Positions 26,631 to 38,914 of a stretch of 64,000 nt of DNA are shown here, piece by piece. Below the pieces are notes generated by a model that saw only the letters and a program-made list of their open reading frames with translations, ran no database searches and had not been told where the DNA came from. This DNA is from Octopus sinensis (taxonomy: Eukaryota), in NCBI RefSeq assembly GCF_006345805.1, contig NC_043007.1, positions 42,036,001 to 42,100,000 on the forward strand, written 5' to 3'. Each line of letters opens with the position of its first letter. Positions within the stretch are counted from its first letter, which is position 1. The translations under genes were made by a program, and so were the position numbers.

Positions 26631-29600
26631 AGTTGTTAAAGACAATGGATATCAGCAATGCAAGTGCTGAAATTTAGTCAGTAATACCAAACACAACTTT
26701 GCAAAGACTCTCACTCACAAAACTAAGTAATCCAGAAACAAGCTAGAGTAAAATCTCCAGTTTCAAAACAAAGTGGGTGTTATGTCAGAATTTCTTTCTT
26801 CTAGAGACATATCTAAACTAAGACTGGAGGTCTCCTGACTGTTGATTGTATTGAGTTCATTCATCCTTTGACAGGTTTTGCTTTTCACCTCACAGGGTGT
26901 CTAATGTAAACCATTCTCCTTACCAAGCAGGCTTGCTAGTGTTGCTAGTTCTGTCACCAACAGCCTGAACATGCAGCAAGTTGTACTGGGTTACATGTTA
27001 CCAGTAGCTCTATGAATGATCTGACACAATATACATGCATGTTACCTCAAGCTAAGAAAGAAGCCTTGAACTGCCAGAGCCACTCCTACTGTCTCAAAAA
27101 AACACAAAGGAAACAATAAAGACACATTGGATAATGTAGCTGTGGACACCTATAGATAGAGAGAATGGTGACAGCTGGAATATCTTTGATCACAGATGTA
27201 CTGAGATCAGGTTACCTGAGGATTAAACAACAGCAGCAACCTAATTACCTTCATCAATTAATCCACATTTAACAGGTCGACATGGGAGCTGCTGCATGAT
27301 CACATGCCCTGCTAGAAATTGCAGTGAATTAAAGGCCACATTAGTTGACTTGGGACCAAACAGCAGCAATAACAATGTCCTAAATTATCTTCATTAGTTA
27401 ATCCACATTTATTAACAATGTGATAGAGTCATGAGCTTTGCATAATGATTTAGTATTATTCTTCATTCACTTCATTCAAAGCTTCATTCACTTTGGAGAC
27501 AGCCCATCTCAGGCAGTATGTCTAACAATAGTCATTTTGTCAGCCGTGTGATTCAGAAGTTTCTTTCCCACCCACATGATTTCATTATCAGTCTCATAAT
27601 GTGGCACCTGGACAAGTGTCTTCCACTATAACTCCAGGTTAACCAAAGCCTTATGATTGGATTTTGTCAAAAGAAACTAAACGAAACCACATGCGTGTGT
27701 GTGTGTACACGCATGCTATCATATCTCTTTGTCTTAACATTGTGTGATTGTTGTGAATGAGCATCACTGTGATACAAGTGATGTTTATTTCCAATCTTCT
27801 GTGAAGACATGTCAGGCCATGGGGGAAGCAAGTGAGGATTGGTTATAGAGAGGACGTCCAGCTGTGAAAAATCTACCTCAACAAATTCTGTCTCACTCAT
27901 GAAAAATGAACATCAAAAGAATAATGATTATGTTAATTTCCAGCTAAGTCTGCATTAATCTTTACTGGGATGCTGAACATATGCAGCCCTTGTTATAAGC
28001 AAATAATTTACTTATATTGGTTAGTGCTATTGAGTGTTAAATATATATAAAATTTTAAAAAGCAGTAATATAGTATAAGTAATATAGTTGTTGAAATCTG
28101 GTCGAGGAGATGATCTGGAAGAAAACTGAAGATTTAATCTTTGTTTTTCATATTCAGTACTTAAGACATCTTAAGGCTTTGCTTGTTGGGTGATGGAAAG
28201 GCTAAAGAGGCATTATTGTTGGATTCTACTTAAAGCAACAGTCAGCCTTAACCTAACCTTGAGCTCAGGTCATCATCATCTTTTAACATCCACTTTCCAT
28301 GCTGGCATGGGTTGGTCTTGTCAAACACATCTATGATCAGAAGTTTTCCAGTTCTAATTATCTCATCTTTTCATGTATCCATGACTACACTGTCTAATAT
28401 AGCCTTCCTTTTTAAGGCACTAGGATATGATTTAAGGGTCATATAGCTGTGGTTTATAACAAGTTGAGCGACTATATTGTTTCCCTTAATTGGTTTCGTT
28501 TTTATCTCAGCTGTAAGGCATGGTATCCAAAGATTTTAGTCTCAAAGCATGTGGTCCCAATGAAGATAGCACACTGACAAGAAAACGTCTGAGTGGTTTC
28601 TCAATCTGCTTACACCACTGTCTTTTAAAAAAGGACATTATTGGGCAATGTAGTCTTAGATACTCTAAATGTGAAAATGCATGGTTTGGGTATTTGACTG
28701 TGTTTTTTCTCCCCATGGCCTGATATGTCTTCTCAGAAGATTGGAAATGAACATCACTTGTATCACAGCGATGCTCATTCACAACTATCACACAATGCCA
28801 AGACAAAGAGATATGATAGCATGCGCGTGCACGCACACACACACATGTGCGGTTTCATTCAGTTTCTGTTGACAAAATCCAATCATAAGGCTTTGGTTAA
28901 CCCAGGGTTATAGTAGAAGACACTTGCCCAGGTGTCACATTATGAGACTGATAATGAAATCATGTGGTTGGGAAAGAAACTTCTGAACCACACAGCTGAC
29001 CAAATGACTATTGTTAGACATACTGCCTGAGAAGGGCTGTCTCCAAAATGAATGTCATGAGTTTGATTCCTAGTGGGACATTGTGTCCTTGAGCAAGACA
29101 CTTTATTTCACATTTATTTCAGTGTACTCAGCTGGCAAAAATGAGTAGTATTTGTATTTCAAAGGGCCAGCCTTGTTACATTCTGTGTCACACTGAATCT
29201 CCCTGAGAATTACATTAAGGGCACGAGTGTCTCTGGAATGCTTAGCCACTTGCACATTAATTTCATGAGCAGGCTGTTCAGTTGATCAGATGAACTGGAA
29301 TCCATATTGTCATAACTGATAGAAAGCTATATATATATATAAACTGGATGGTCATAGCTAGAATGACTATCATCATATGTCTGCTTAATTAAGGTTGAAT
29401 GAGATTAAACAACAGAAGGGGTAGATATTGTTTTGAATTAGCTATAACCATTGCTACTACCATTGTCTATAACCATTGCTAACAACCATTGTCTATGGCA
29501 TTGCCTCAGTGCAAAGCTGATATTGATGGCAGAACAAGGGCACAAGAGAGGGAGAGAGAGAGAGGGGGTTGGGAAAGGAATGAAGTAGAGAGTAAGAAAC

Positions 29601-29655
29601 ACAATGTGTGATTGAACCTTGTAAATGATAACTCCCTGTTTTTTTACAACTACAG

Positions 29656-29760
29656 GAAGATAAACCATGGAACTGGGAACAACTCTTCACTGAGGTTTCT
29701 TCTGAAATTGCCAATATAAAAGATAAGAACTCTTCTTCACCAATTACTGAGCTGTTATAG
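29656..29760 (+). CDS. IFT43: IFT43 terminal coding exon, EDKPWNWEQLFTEVSSEIANIKDKNSSSPITELL*
   Basis: tttttacaactacag acceptor, phase 0. W-x-W-xx-LFTEVSSE motif typical of the IFT43 C-terminus; TAG at 29758-29760. The 5' exons lie upstream of this window. Confidence 0.93.
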   Translation, partial: EDKPWNWEQLFTEVSSEIANIKDKNSSSPITELL

Positions 29761-30363
29761 AGACTCTGCCTGGGCATCTTGTCTACTTTTCAGTCAAATT
29801 ATCCAATGTGTGCTTTTTTCATTGCCAAACTACATTTGTAGGAATTTTTCAGAAAGAAAATATCTTTTCAAATGGAATACTGTCAAAAATTTATATCATT
29901 AAAAGTATGCTGGAAATGCTTGCATGAGAGAGAGAGAGAGAGTGGGGGGGTTAGTGTGTGTGTGTGCATGTACGCATGTGTGTATACATGCAGTGTGTTT
30001 GTAAGTATGGGAATGTCTGCGTTTCTGTGTATGCATATGAGTATAAACTGTAACCAACTTCATTAAAGCTGCTGGGAAGCGTTTTTTGCTAATTTTATTG
30101 TTTGTTATATTTATTTATTTATTTTCAACATTGTTTTACTATGTACCTTGTATAAATACTTATGTAATGAAAGTGGAGAATATTCATTGAAATACTGACT
30201 GAAGCAGTTGTTCCTCTAATCTGAATTGGCAGTCCAGGTTTTGACTTCAGTTAGAACCACTTACATTAGTTTACATTCATTAGGAAGTACATTACAATCA
30301 CAAAATTCCTATTTTTCAGTTTCTATAAACTCCAAGATTTATTACTACTACTACTACTACTAA

Positions 30364-30577
30364 GAAGGCGGTAAGCTGGCAGAATTGTTAGCTCACTGGG
30401 CGAAATAATTAGAAGTATTTTGTTTGCCACTATGTTCTGAGTTCAAATTCCACCGAGGTCGACTTTACTTTTCCTCCTTTTGGGGTCAATAAATTAAGTA
30501 CCAGTGAAAAACTGGGGCTGATGTAATCGACTTATTCCCTCACACAAAATTGCTGCCCTTGTGGCAGAATTTGAAAC

Positions 30578-30616
<39 letters not shown>

Positions 30617-31457
30617 GGCAGTGAGCTAGCAGAACTGTTAGCACACTGGGCAAAATGCTTAGTGGCATTTCATCCATCGTTACATTCTAAGTTCAAATTC
30701 TGCCAAGGCTGACTTTGCCTTTCATCCTTTTGGTGTTGATAGATAAGAACCAGCTGAGTACCGGGGATCAATTTACCCTCTTCCCCCAAACTTGCTGGCT
30801 AAAATTTTAAACCATTATTAAGGCAGTGAACTAGCAGAATCATTAGCACACAAGACAAATTGCTTAGTGGCATTTCTTCCGGCTATTTACATTCTGGATT
30901 CAAATTCCACTTTCAACTTTGCCTTTTGGGATCAATGAAATAAGTACCAGTTGAACACTGAGGTCAATGTTATCAACTAGCCCTCTTCTCCAAAATATCA
31001 GGCCTTGTGCATATAATAGAAACTATAAAAGACAGCGAGCTTTCAGGATTGTTAGCACACCAGACAGAATGCTTAATGATATTTCTCCCAGCTTTACATT
31101 CTAAGTTCAAATTCCACCAAGGTCAACTTTGCCTTTCATCCTTTTTGTGGTTGATAAAATAAGTACCAGTCAAATACCAAACTTGATGTAATCAACTTCT
31201 TCCTCCCCTCAAAAACTGTTGGTTCTGTGCCAAAATTTGAAACCATTGTTATTCGCAGTATTATTAATATTATTATTATCATTATGTTTTTGCCTTTGCT
31301 TTGATTTATATAAGCTACTCCAAAGTCTCAACCAGAGACACTATGGTTAAATACATACCAGCTGAGCACTTAGGCCAATGTAATCAACTAACCCTCTCCC
31401 CTAAAGATTTGTGCCTATAGTATATTGGACTATTATCATTTCTTCTTTTTATTTTTA

Positions 31458-31498
<41 letters not shown>

Positions 31499-32330
31499 GT
31501 TATTATTAAATTTTGCTTTAATTTATATAAGCTACGCTCAAGTCTCAATTAGAGATGTCTATTAACCCTTTTGTTACTGTATTTATTTTGAGATGCTCTG
31601 TGTTTCTTTCAATTACTTTAAATATAACAAGGAATTTTGTAAAATAACTTAGTTATCATTCAGCTAGTATTAGGAACATAAATTGTGACTAAGGTTTGGT
31701 GGAAGATTTTAATTCCAAACTTATGAAAACAAGACATTTGTACTACAGAGCCAGAGCTGGTTTCAGCCAGGTTGGTAATGAAAGGGTTAAATAAGAATCA
31801 GTTGAACACTGGAGACGATTGTAATCAACTACCCTGCTTCCCTAAAATTTCAGGCCATGTGCCTATTGTGGAAAGGATACTGGCAAAATCATTAGCTTGC
31901 CAGATGAAATGCTTTGTAGCATTTTGACAGTCTTTATGTTCTGAGTTCAAATTCCACCAAGGCTGACTTTGCCTTTCATCCATTCAGGGTCAATAAAATA
32001 AGTACCAGTCGAGCACTGAGGTTAATATAATCACATAGCTCTCTCCCTGCAAATTTCAAACCTTGTGTCTATAGTAGAAATAGCTATTATCATTGCTGTT
32101 ATTGTTGTTGTTGTTGTCATCATCATCATCATCATCTTGGAGTGGTATTAACAGTGTATCAGCAGACTAAATCTCTAATAGTATTTAGTCTGTTCTGTCA
32201 TCCAAATACCATGGAGTTTGTTTTCGCCTTTCATCTCTCCAGGATCAATAAAAGGAATCCCTGGCATGCGATAAGGTCAATTTGAATCGATTGCACCCAT
32301 CTCTGCAAATTCGTGGTTTTCTGCTGATAT
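30364..32330 (+). repeat. Head-to-tail array of SINE family B
   Basis: Four consecutive full copies (about 30364, 30616, 30820, 31030), one near-full copy (about 31880) and several partial tails, all on the + strand and separated by (ATT)n. Confidence 0.85.
31566..31786. mobile_element. piggyBac-type MITE (second copy)
   Basis: TTAA|CCCTTTTGTTAC ... GTAATGAAAGGG|TTAA; internally near-identical to 11448-11663. Confidence 0.88.
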
Positions 32331-34182
32331 AAAAACATCAGAGGAAAACTATTATAATAATTGCTATTGTCGTTGTTGTTGTTGTTCATTATTATTACAA
32401 GGTGACGGAGCGTTATATTTTAAGCTTCCATCCTAGTTCACAGTAGATTCCTTTCCACATCAGCCACTCTACTTCATACCAGCGACCACACACCATCCTC
32501 ATCCAAACCATTATGTTTTCCACACCATCAACACACACAGACACACACACTCACATACACTGCTCCTTCTCCTACACCACTATCCCTTCCACATAATACC
32601 AAACATCTCCTCTCTACTCCATTTCCATTGCCTTCCCCTCCACCTTTCATACTCTCAGTTCTCCTCCTCTAGCATATCTGCAGCTAATAATGACAGGTCA
32701 ATTACCATCAGCTTTACAGTCAGCTAGCCTTCTCTCCTCCTTCAGCAAGAAACTCAGCTAATTTTCAAGAACAGTCTTGTTTCTAGCTGTGGAACGATGT
32801 TAGTAGCAGCAAAGACTGGAGTAGGTCAGTAAAAACAAAGTAAAAGGATAACACTAAAAGAAGTTGTGTCCAAATACCTGCTACCACCACCACTACCACC
32901 TTCACTGTTATTATTTACCATTAGCCATCCCTCAACACCTTCATCACTAACACCATCTCCAATCTCCACCATCACTCAACTTCTAGGATCTTCACCACTA
33001 GTATCAATGACTATTACTGAACCACTGCCACTGTTCAATGAGCAATACTTCTACCACCTGACCACCACTACCAATAACATCAAGAAGTTGCCTCTACATG
33101 GACACTCAATCTGCTAGAAATAGCAGTCAAATTCTCTCAAATTACACACAAGAAGAAGAAAATTACACTAAGAAAAAGAAAAAGGAGGACAATATGTTCT
33201 CCATTTTTGTAAAACTCTCCAAATTTAGTCACAGTGGGATGGTCATGGTTGAAATGCTTTTGATCATAGGTGGTCTGCTCAAGCAGGACTGACCTAGGGC
33301 TAAACAATAAGGATAACAGCAACACTACTACCATTCAATAACCAGCCCTTCCATTACCTTACCATCAACATCATCAACAACAACACTAACCCTAGGCAAA
33401 CAACAAACATTAGCACCACCACCATCATCACTTCCCTCTCTACCGTTTAATGACCTACACCCACCCACAAACTCAGCATCATTAGAATGAACTTGTTGAC
33501 CTTTATATCATTCAACTTACATCATAACATTGAAAATGTTATCCTATTAAAAATGAGTCTCGGGTGCTTACATATTAAAGAATATGGAATAGAAATTGAC
33601 TGAAAATGAATTAAAACTTCCCAGTAAACTTTTAAATGCTGTGACATTTTATTGTTCAAACTTCTTTTTATTCCTTTACTTAATTAATTTTTAATTAATT
33701 TTTTTCCAGTGAGTTTATTTTATTACTTCTTGTACTTCTATTTGTTCAGTTATACAAAACATAAAAGTACAAGATAATAATGATTTCTAACATAAAACAC
33801 ATGAGGAGTGAGGTTTATAGTATATTATATGAACTCCTGTACTTGACTGCTACTTTATTTGTCACCCCTTTCCATCCCTGGAAAGATGAAAGACAAAGTC
33901 GACTTTGATGAGATTTGAACACATATCGTAAAATAACATGACTAAATAATACAAGACATTTTGTCCAACACTATAAATCCACCAACACACCAACCTCAAA
34001 ATATAAAAATAATAATAATACTTACTTTTATTTTTCCCCTGGGCATATTCATATATACAATATGTTATAAGAAGGGTGACATAGATGTGTAAGAAAGATA
34101 AAAAAAATACAAATAAAACACAAAACCACCATTGATCCTATCAACTTCTGCTTCTATGTATACTGCATCCATTATTTACATA

Positions 34183-34397
34183 TGAGGGGTGTTGAAAAAT
34201 TCCTGGCTTTAAGGGTATTGCGAAAGGTGTGGTTGAAGGCCCAACCTTCCGAATTCTTTTACAGGGATTAGAAAAACTGAAGGGCCACTGCAGTAAGTGT
34301 ATGAATCTGAGATGGGAATATGTTGAATAAAATTATAATTAACTGATCCTCTTTATTTTCTTTTACCCAAAGCCAGGAACTTTTCAGCACCTCCTCG
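34183..34397. mobile_element. mariner-derived MITE
   Basis: TA|(c/t)GAGGGGTGTTGAAAAATTCCTGGCTT ... AAGCCAGGAACTTTTTCAGCACCTCCTCG|TA; related copy in the opposite orientation at 62748-62965. Confidence 0.85.
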
Positions 34398-34753
34398 TAC
34401 ACACATGTATATACATACATGTGTGTGTGTGTATGTATGATGAGCTTTTTCAATCAGTAACATCTTTATTAAATAAGTACCAGTTGAGCACTGGAGTCAA
34501 TTGTAATCCATCTACCTAATCAATTAATAAGGCTTTGGTCAGCCCAGGTTGTAATAGAAGAAACTCACTCAAGGTGTCATGTAGCGGGATTGAACCAGAA
34601 ACCCATTTATTGGAAAGTAAACTTCTTAACCACACATCCATGCCTGCACCTGAATACAGAAAAAAAGAAAAGAAAATTATCTCAAATTACACTCACGTGT
34701 CAATATTATTATTGATGTATAGTAATATATATTGTCTTCAAGATTGTTTAAAT

Positions 34754-35375
34754 CAGTGGTTCTCAATCTGTTTGACTTTGTGATACACTGAAAACTGAAT
34801 ATAAAAGTAATTTCATTCTGCATGGAGAGCTTTAAAAGAAACTGTTTTATTATTAAGCATAAAAGCTTTTGCTTATCTTGTTTTGTTAATCAGAGGTGCA
34901 GTTATAGCTGTGTGATTTAAGAAATCCACTTCCCAGTCGTATGATTTCTAGTTCAATCCCACTGCATGTTCTACTGTAGCCCCAGAAGTCCATTATATAT
35001 ACAACAGATATAAACAAGCATAATTTGCCATATAAGCAGTGTCAACTGTGACAATATGTTTGGCCAGAAGGGAATATTACTGTGCCTGAAAATAGGTGAG
35101 GGTTATTAACAGGAAGAAGCATCCAGCTGTAGAAAATCTGCCTTGATAAATCCCATCTGACCTATGCAAGTATACAGAACTAGAAGTGGTGGCAGCAGTA
35201 GTTATGATAATGATTTGACTACAACAAACTTATGATAATATATTTTTCAAAATGCTGGAGCTCTAGTATGGACTTCCCTAAAGCCTTAAATTATATTTTG
35301 AAACTCCCACAATGGCTCTAAGTACCCTTTGTAACACACACCAGTGTACAATGGCACACTCTTTGAAAGCCACTG
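34754..35375. mobile_element. hAT-type MITE with nested SINE/LINE tail
   Basis: CAGTGGTTCTCAA ... TTTGAAAGCCACTG; flanking 8-mers gtttaaat/gttgaagt (6/8 match) fit a decayed TSD. Confidence 0.55.
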
Positions 35376-35779
35376 GTTGAAGTGAATGAAGCAATGCAAT
35401 AAAATATTAGCTATTATGTACACATACACAAAAGGGAGAACACTTTTTTCAGCTTCGTGTGAATGTGTTAAAAAGAAGTGAAATGTTTATTAATCTGATT
35501 GCCTTATCTATGAATTCCAAAAGTACAAATGTTCCTCAGCTTCATTAGAATCAAACTCAAATGTATCTAATACTGAGTGATGCATTCTGCATTATCTTCC
35601 GTCATGTTGAAATGTTTATGAATTTACTGAAAGAACATGGAAAGTTGGTGTTAAATAGCTTGCTCAAAGTTTGCATGATTTCCTAAAAGAAAATGGCATT
35701 GATGTAAAATGATTTGGCTGTATTGAAAGTTGTTGTTGTTGTTGTCGTCATCGTCCTCCTCCTCCTCCTTCTTCTTCTT

Positions 35780-36440
35780 CAGAAGTTTTATTTTTATAAC
35801 ATGCTTTCACTGCACTACCGAGCACAGCTCTGTGTGCCTTGGGTATGTGCAGTGGTTTGCTGTGATGCTCTTATGGTTACTGTATTGAAAGTGTTTTACG
35901 TAGGATGTGTGCAGTGCCTAGTAGTGCTATTTTCTGTATGTTATATATATTTGTTAGTCCTGGTGTTTTTGTTATGTATTTGTCTGAATATTTTTTGATC
36001 ATGCCTAATGCACCCACTGTGATAGGATTTGTTTCTGTTTTTAGACTCCACATTCAAGTTACCTCTATTTCCAGGTCTTTGTATTTTGAAAGCTTCTCTA
36101 TTTCTTTTAGAGAAACGTCATCTGTTAGTATTGATACATCAATTAGAAAGCATTTTTTTTTTCTTCATGATCTTTGATAACTATATCTGGCCTATTGGCC
36201 TTAATTTCTCTATCTGTGTATGTTGGTATATTCCATAGTATTGTTGCTTTCTCATTTTCTGTGACCTTTTCTGGCGTGTGCTTATACCATCTTTTTTTCT
36301 GTTGTTATTCCATAGTGTTGGAATAGCTTCCAGTGTATGTAGGTCCCAACTCTGTGTCTGTGAATATATTCCTTCTTAGCCAGGTCTGGGCAGCCAGAGA
36401 CAGTATAATTTATTGTTTCTTTTCATTATATGTTTTTGGT
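35780..36440 (-). mobile_element. R4/Dong-like non-LTR element 3' end (CCHC plus RLE endonuclease)
   Basis: Minus strand: ETINY..SGCPDLAKKEYIHRH..., IIKDHEEKKCFLIDVS, EKLSKYKDLEIEV.*MWSLKTET.PI.VGALG; ends in a microsatellite. Confidence 0.8.
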
Positions 36441-36540
36441 AATTTCTGGTGGGGAAGCTTTGGTCTTGTGCTGCAATTAAAAATCCTTCAGTCTCTGCTT
36501 TGAGTCCTGAGCTTCTCAGCTATTGCAGGGATTTTGCTTT

Positions 36541-36543
36541 GTC

Positions 36544-36588
<45 letters not shown>

Positions 36589-36620
36589 CACTACTACTAC
36601 TACTACTACTACCACTACTA

Positions 36621-36655
<35 letters not shown>

Positions 36656-36662
36656 ACTACTA
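36541..36662. repeat. Compound microsatellite (ATT)n(ACT)n(GCT)n
   Basis: Read directly from the sequence. Confidence 0.95.
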
Positions 36663-36673
36663 CAGTAAAAAAG

Positions 36674-37335
36674 ACAGTGAGTTGGCAGAACCAATAGCAT
36701 GCCAGGCAAAATGCTTAGCAGCATTTCCTTATGTTCAAATTCCACTGAGGTCGACTTTGGATTTCATTCTTTCAGGGTCAATAAAAGTAGCAGTTGAGCA
36801 CTGGGGTCAATGTAATTGACTCACCCCACCACCAAAATTGCTAGCTTTATGCCAAAATTTGAAACCATTATTACTAAAGGCAGCAAACTAGCAGAATCAT
36901 TAGTATGCTGGACAAAATGCTTAGTAGCACTTTGTCTGTCTTTACTGTCTGATTTCAAAGTTTGCCAAAGTCAACTTTACCTATCATCCTTTCAAGGTTG
37001 ATAAAATAAGTACCAGTTGAGCACTGGGATTCATATAAATGACTATCCCCTTCCCCAAAATTTCAGGCCTTGTGCCTATAATAGAAAGGATTATCATTAT
37101 TATTATTATTACTAAAGTGGCAGCCTGGCACAATTGTAAGCATGCCAGGCAAAATGCTTAGCGATATTTTGTCCATCTTCACATTCTGAGTTCAAATTCC
37201 ACTGAGGTTGACTTTGCCTTTCATCCTTTCAGGGTCAATAAATTAAGTACCAGTGAAACACTGGGGTTGATGTAATCAACTTGTCCTCTTACCCAAAATT
37301 TCAGGCCTTATGCCTATAGTAGAAAGAATTATTAT
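36674..37335 (+). repeat. Three tandem SINE family B copies
   Basis: Heads at about 36674, 36876 and 37115, directly following a compound (ATT)n(ACT)n(GCT)n microsatellite. Confidence 0.85.
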
Positions 37336-38293
37336 TATTGTTACTATAGTGTTACCTATCATACAACATGTAACCTTGGAAGTATACTTTTGCTGTCATA
37401 GGTAATTTGATAAAAGTTGAACTATAATTATTTTATCTATGCCATATATTTTTATGTTACCCATGGTGGCAAAAGTGTATTAATATTATTGTAGAAATTG
37501 CAATAATATATTAATTGGTTTAATATAAATTCTTAAGTTAGCAAATATCCTGGTGATTAATGTAAAAATCTTTGCTAACAAACAGGTTACTTGAAACAAC
37601 CAAAACAGCACTGGAATTTTAGACTCATGGAAACAGCAACATTGTCATAGACACATGCATATATAAAGATGACAGTCTTCAGCACAGTTTCCGTTTATCA
37701 AATTCTACTCATAAGACATTGAAACTGAGGTTGTTGTGGAATGTGCCTTGCAGTGGGATTGAACCTAGGCAACATGGTTAAGAAACAAACATTTTAATAA
37801 CATAGCCAAGCTTGTGCTTATATTATTGTTTTTGATTTAGAAGATTTGGAAGAAAGCCTGGGAAAATACCAAGATTTTTTGTTTCTGAAAACTAATCTTC
37901 CTCCTCATGTTGGCACAAAAAATGATTCTGTGGAGCTGCAGGTTTATTATTTGATATCAGACAACCACCTAGAATTTTGTTTTCCAATGTAGAAATTGCC
38001 TCACATATCTATTTGGCTTAAATGCTTACGAATTGTAATGAAGAACAGTAATTTTCAAAGATGAAAACAAAGAACTATTATTGATCTAAGCAGATTGAAC
38101 AGTTTCTTCAGTGTAAAGAGAAGAGAGAACATGAATTTCTAAGGCGGAAAGAGATATTTTTAGTTATAAAACAGATTTTGTCATGCCAACTAATGAAATA
38201 TAATGTTACTGAGGAGGTGTCAAGTTTGAACAAATGTTTTCATATTAAATAAACATTCTAAATATACAATAAAAAAAATGCATACATATATAT

Positions 38294-38324
<31 letters not shown>

Positions 38325-38706
38325 CATACAATGGGCTTCTTTCAATTTCTATCTATGAAATCCATTCATAAGGCTTTGGTAGGCTTGAGGCTATAGTAAA
38401 AAACACTTACCCAAGAAGCCATGCAGTGGAACTGAGTCCAGAACCATGTGGTTGGGAAGCAAAACGCATACCACACAGCTACACCTGCACCCCTCTCTTT
38501 CTCTATATAAATATATATGTACATACATACATTTATATAAATATATATTGTCAGTGGATCTATATCCACAAGAGAAGCACACTCTAAAGGATAGAGCAGT
38601 AAGGTATTTACACGCAGTCCAATCATAGAGTGACCAATGGTTTCACATCCATGGATACAAAACTATTAATCACCCTATGACCTGACATATATTTAACTGC
38701 ATGTAA

Positions 38707-38743
<37 letters not shown>

Positions 38744-38843
38744 TATTTATACACATACATATTAGAGGAAAAATCAAAACCAAGGCAAAACAAGCATCTC
38801 AAGTCATTTAGAATAATTTAATTAGGGTAAGGTGAATTTGAAG

Positions 38844-38914
38844 TCTTACAACTGTTTCTGGAATAAACCAAGTTGGTTAGCATGTCCATGCACTGGGTAT
38901 TCTGTCATCAGAGA
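38844..38914 (-). ncRNA. Minimal type-I hammerhead motif with intact core
   Basis: UCU-CUGAUGA-CA-GAAUA(long loop)UAUUC-CA-GAAAC-AGUU-GUA-AGA, inside an element ending at (TA)n near 38706-38760. Confidence 0.6.

Noticed and set aside
32686-32830. Exon-like segment with splice signals on both strands
   Set aside because: Stops occur in all frames for the plausible boundaries.
35400-35710. Possible ZMYM1-like hAT fragment (LAQSLHDFLKENGIDVK)
   Set aside because: The similarity is too short and frameshifted to support a feature call.
30364-37335. CRISPR-like or satellite interpretation of the regular repeats
   Set aside because: This is eukaryotic DNA; the units are about 200-bp SINEs with tRNA-like heads and no repeat-spacer structure.
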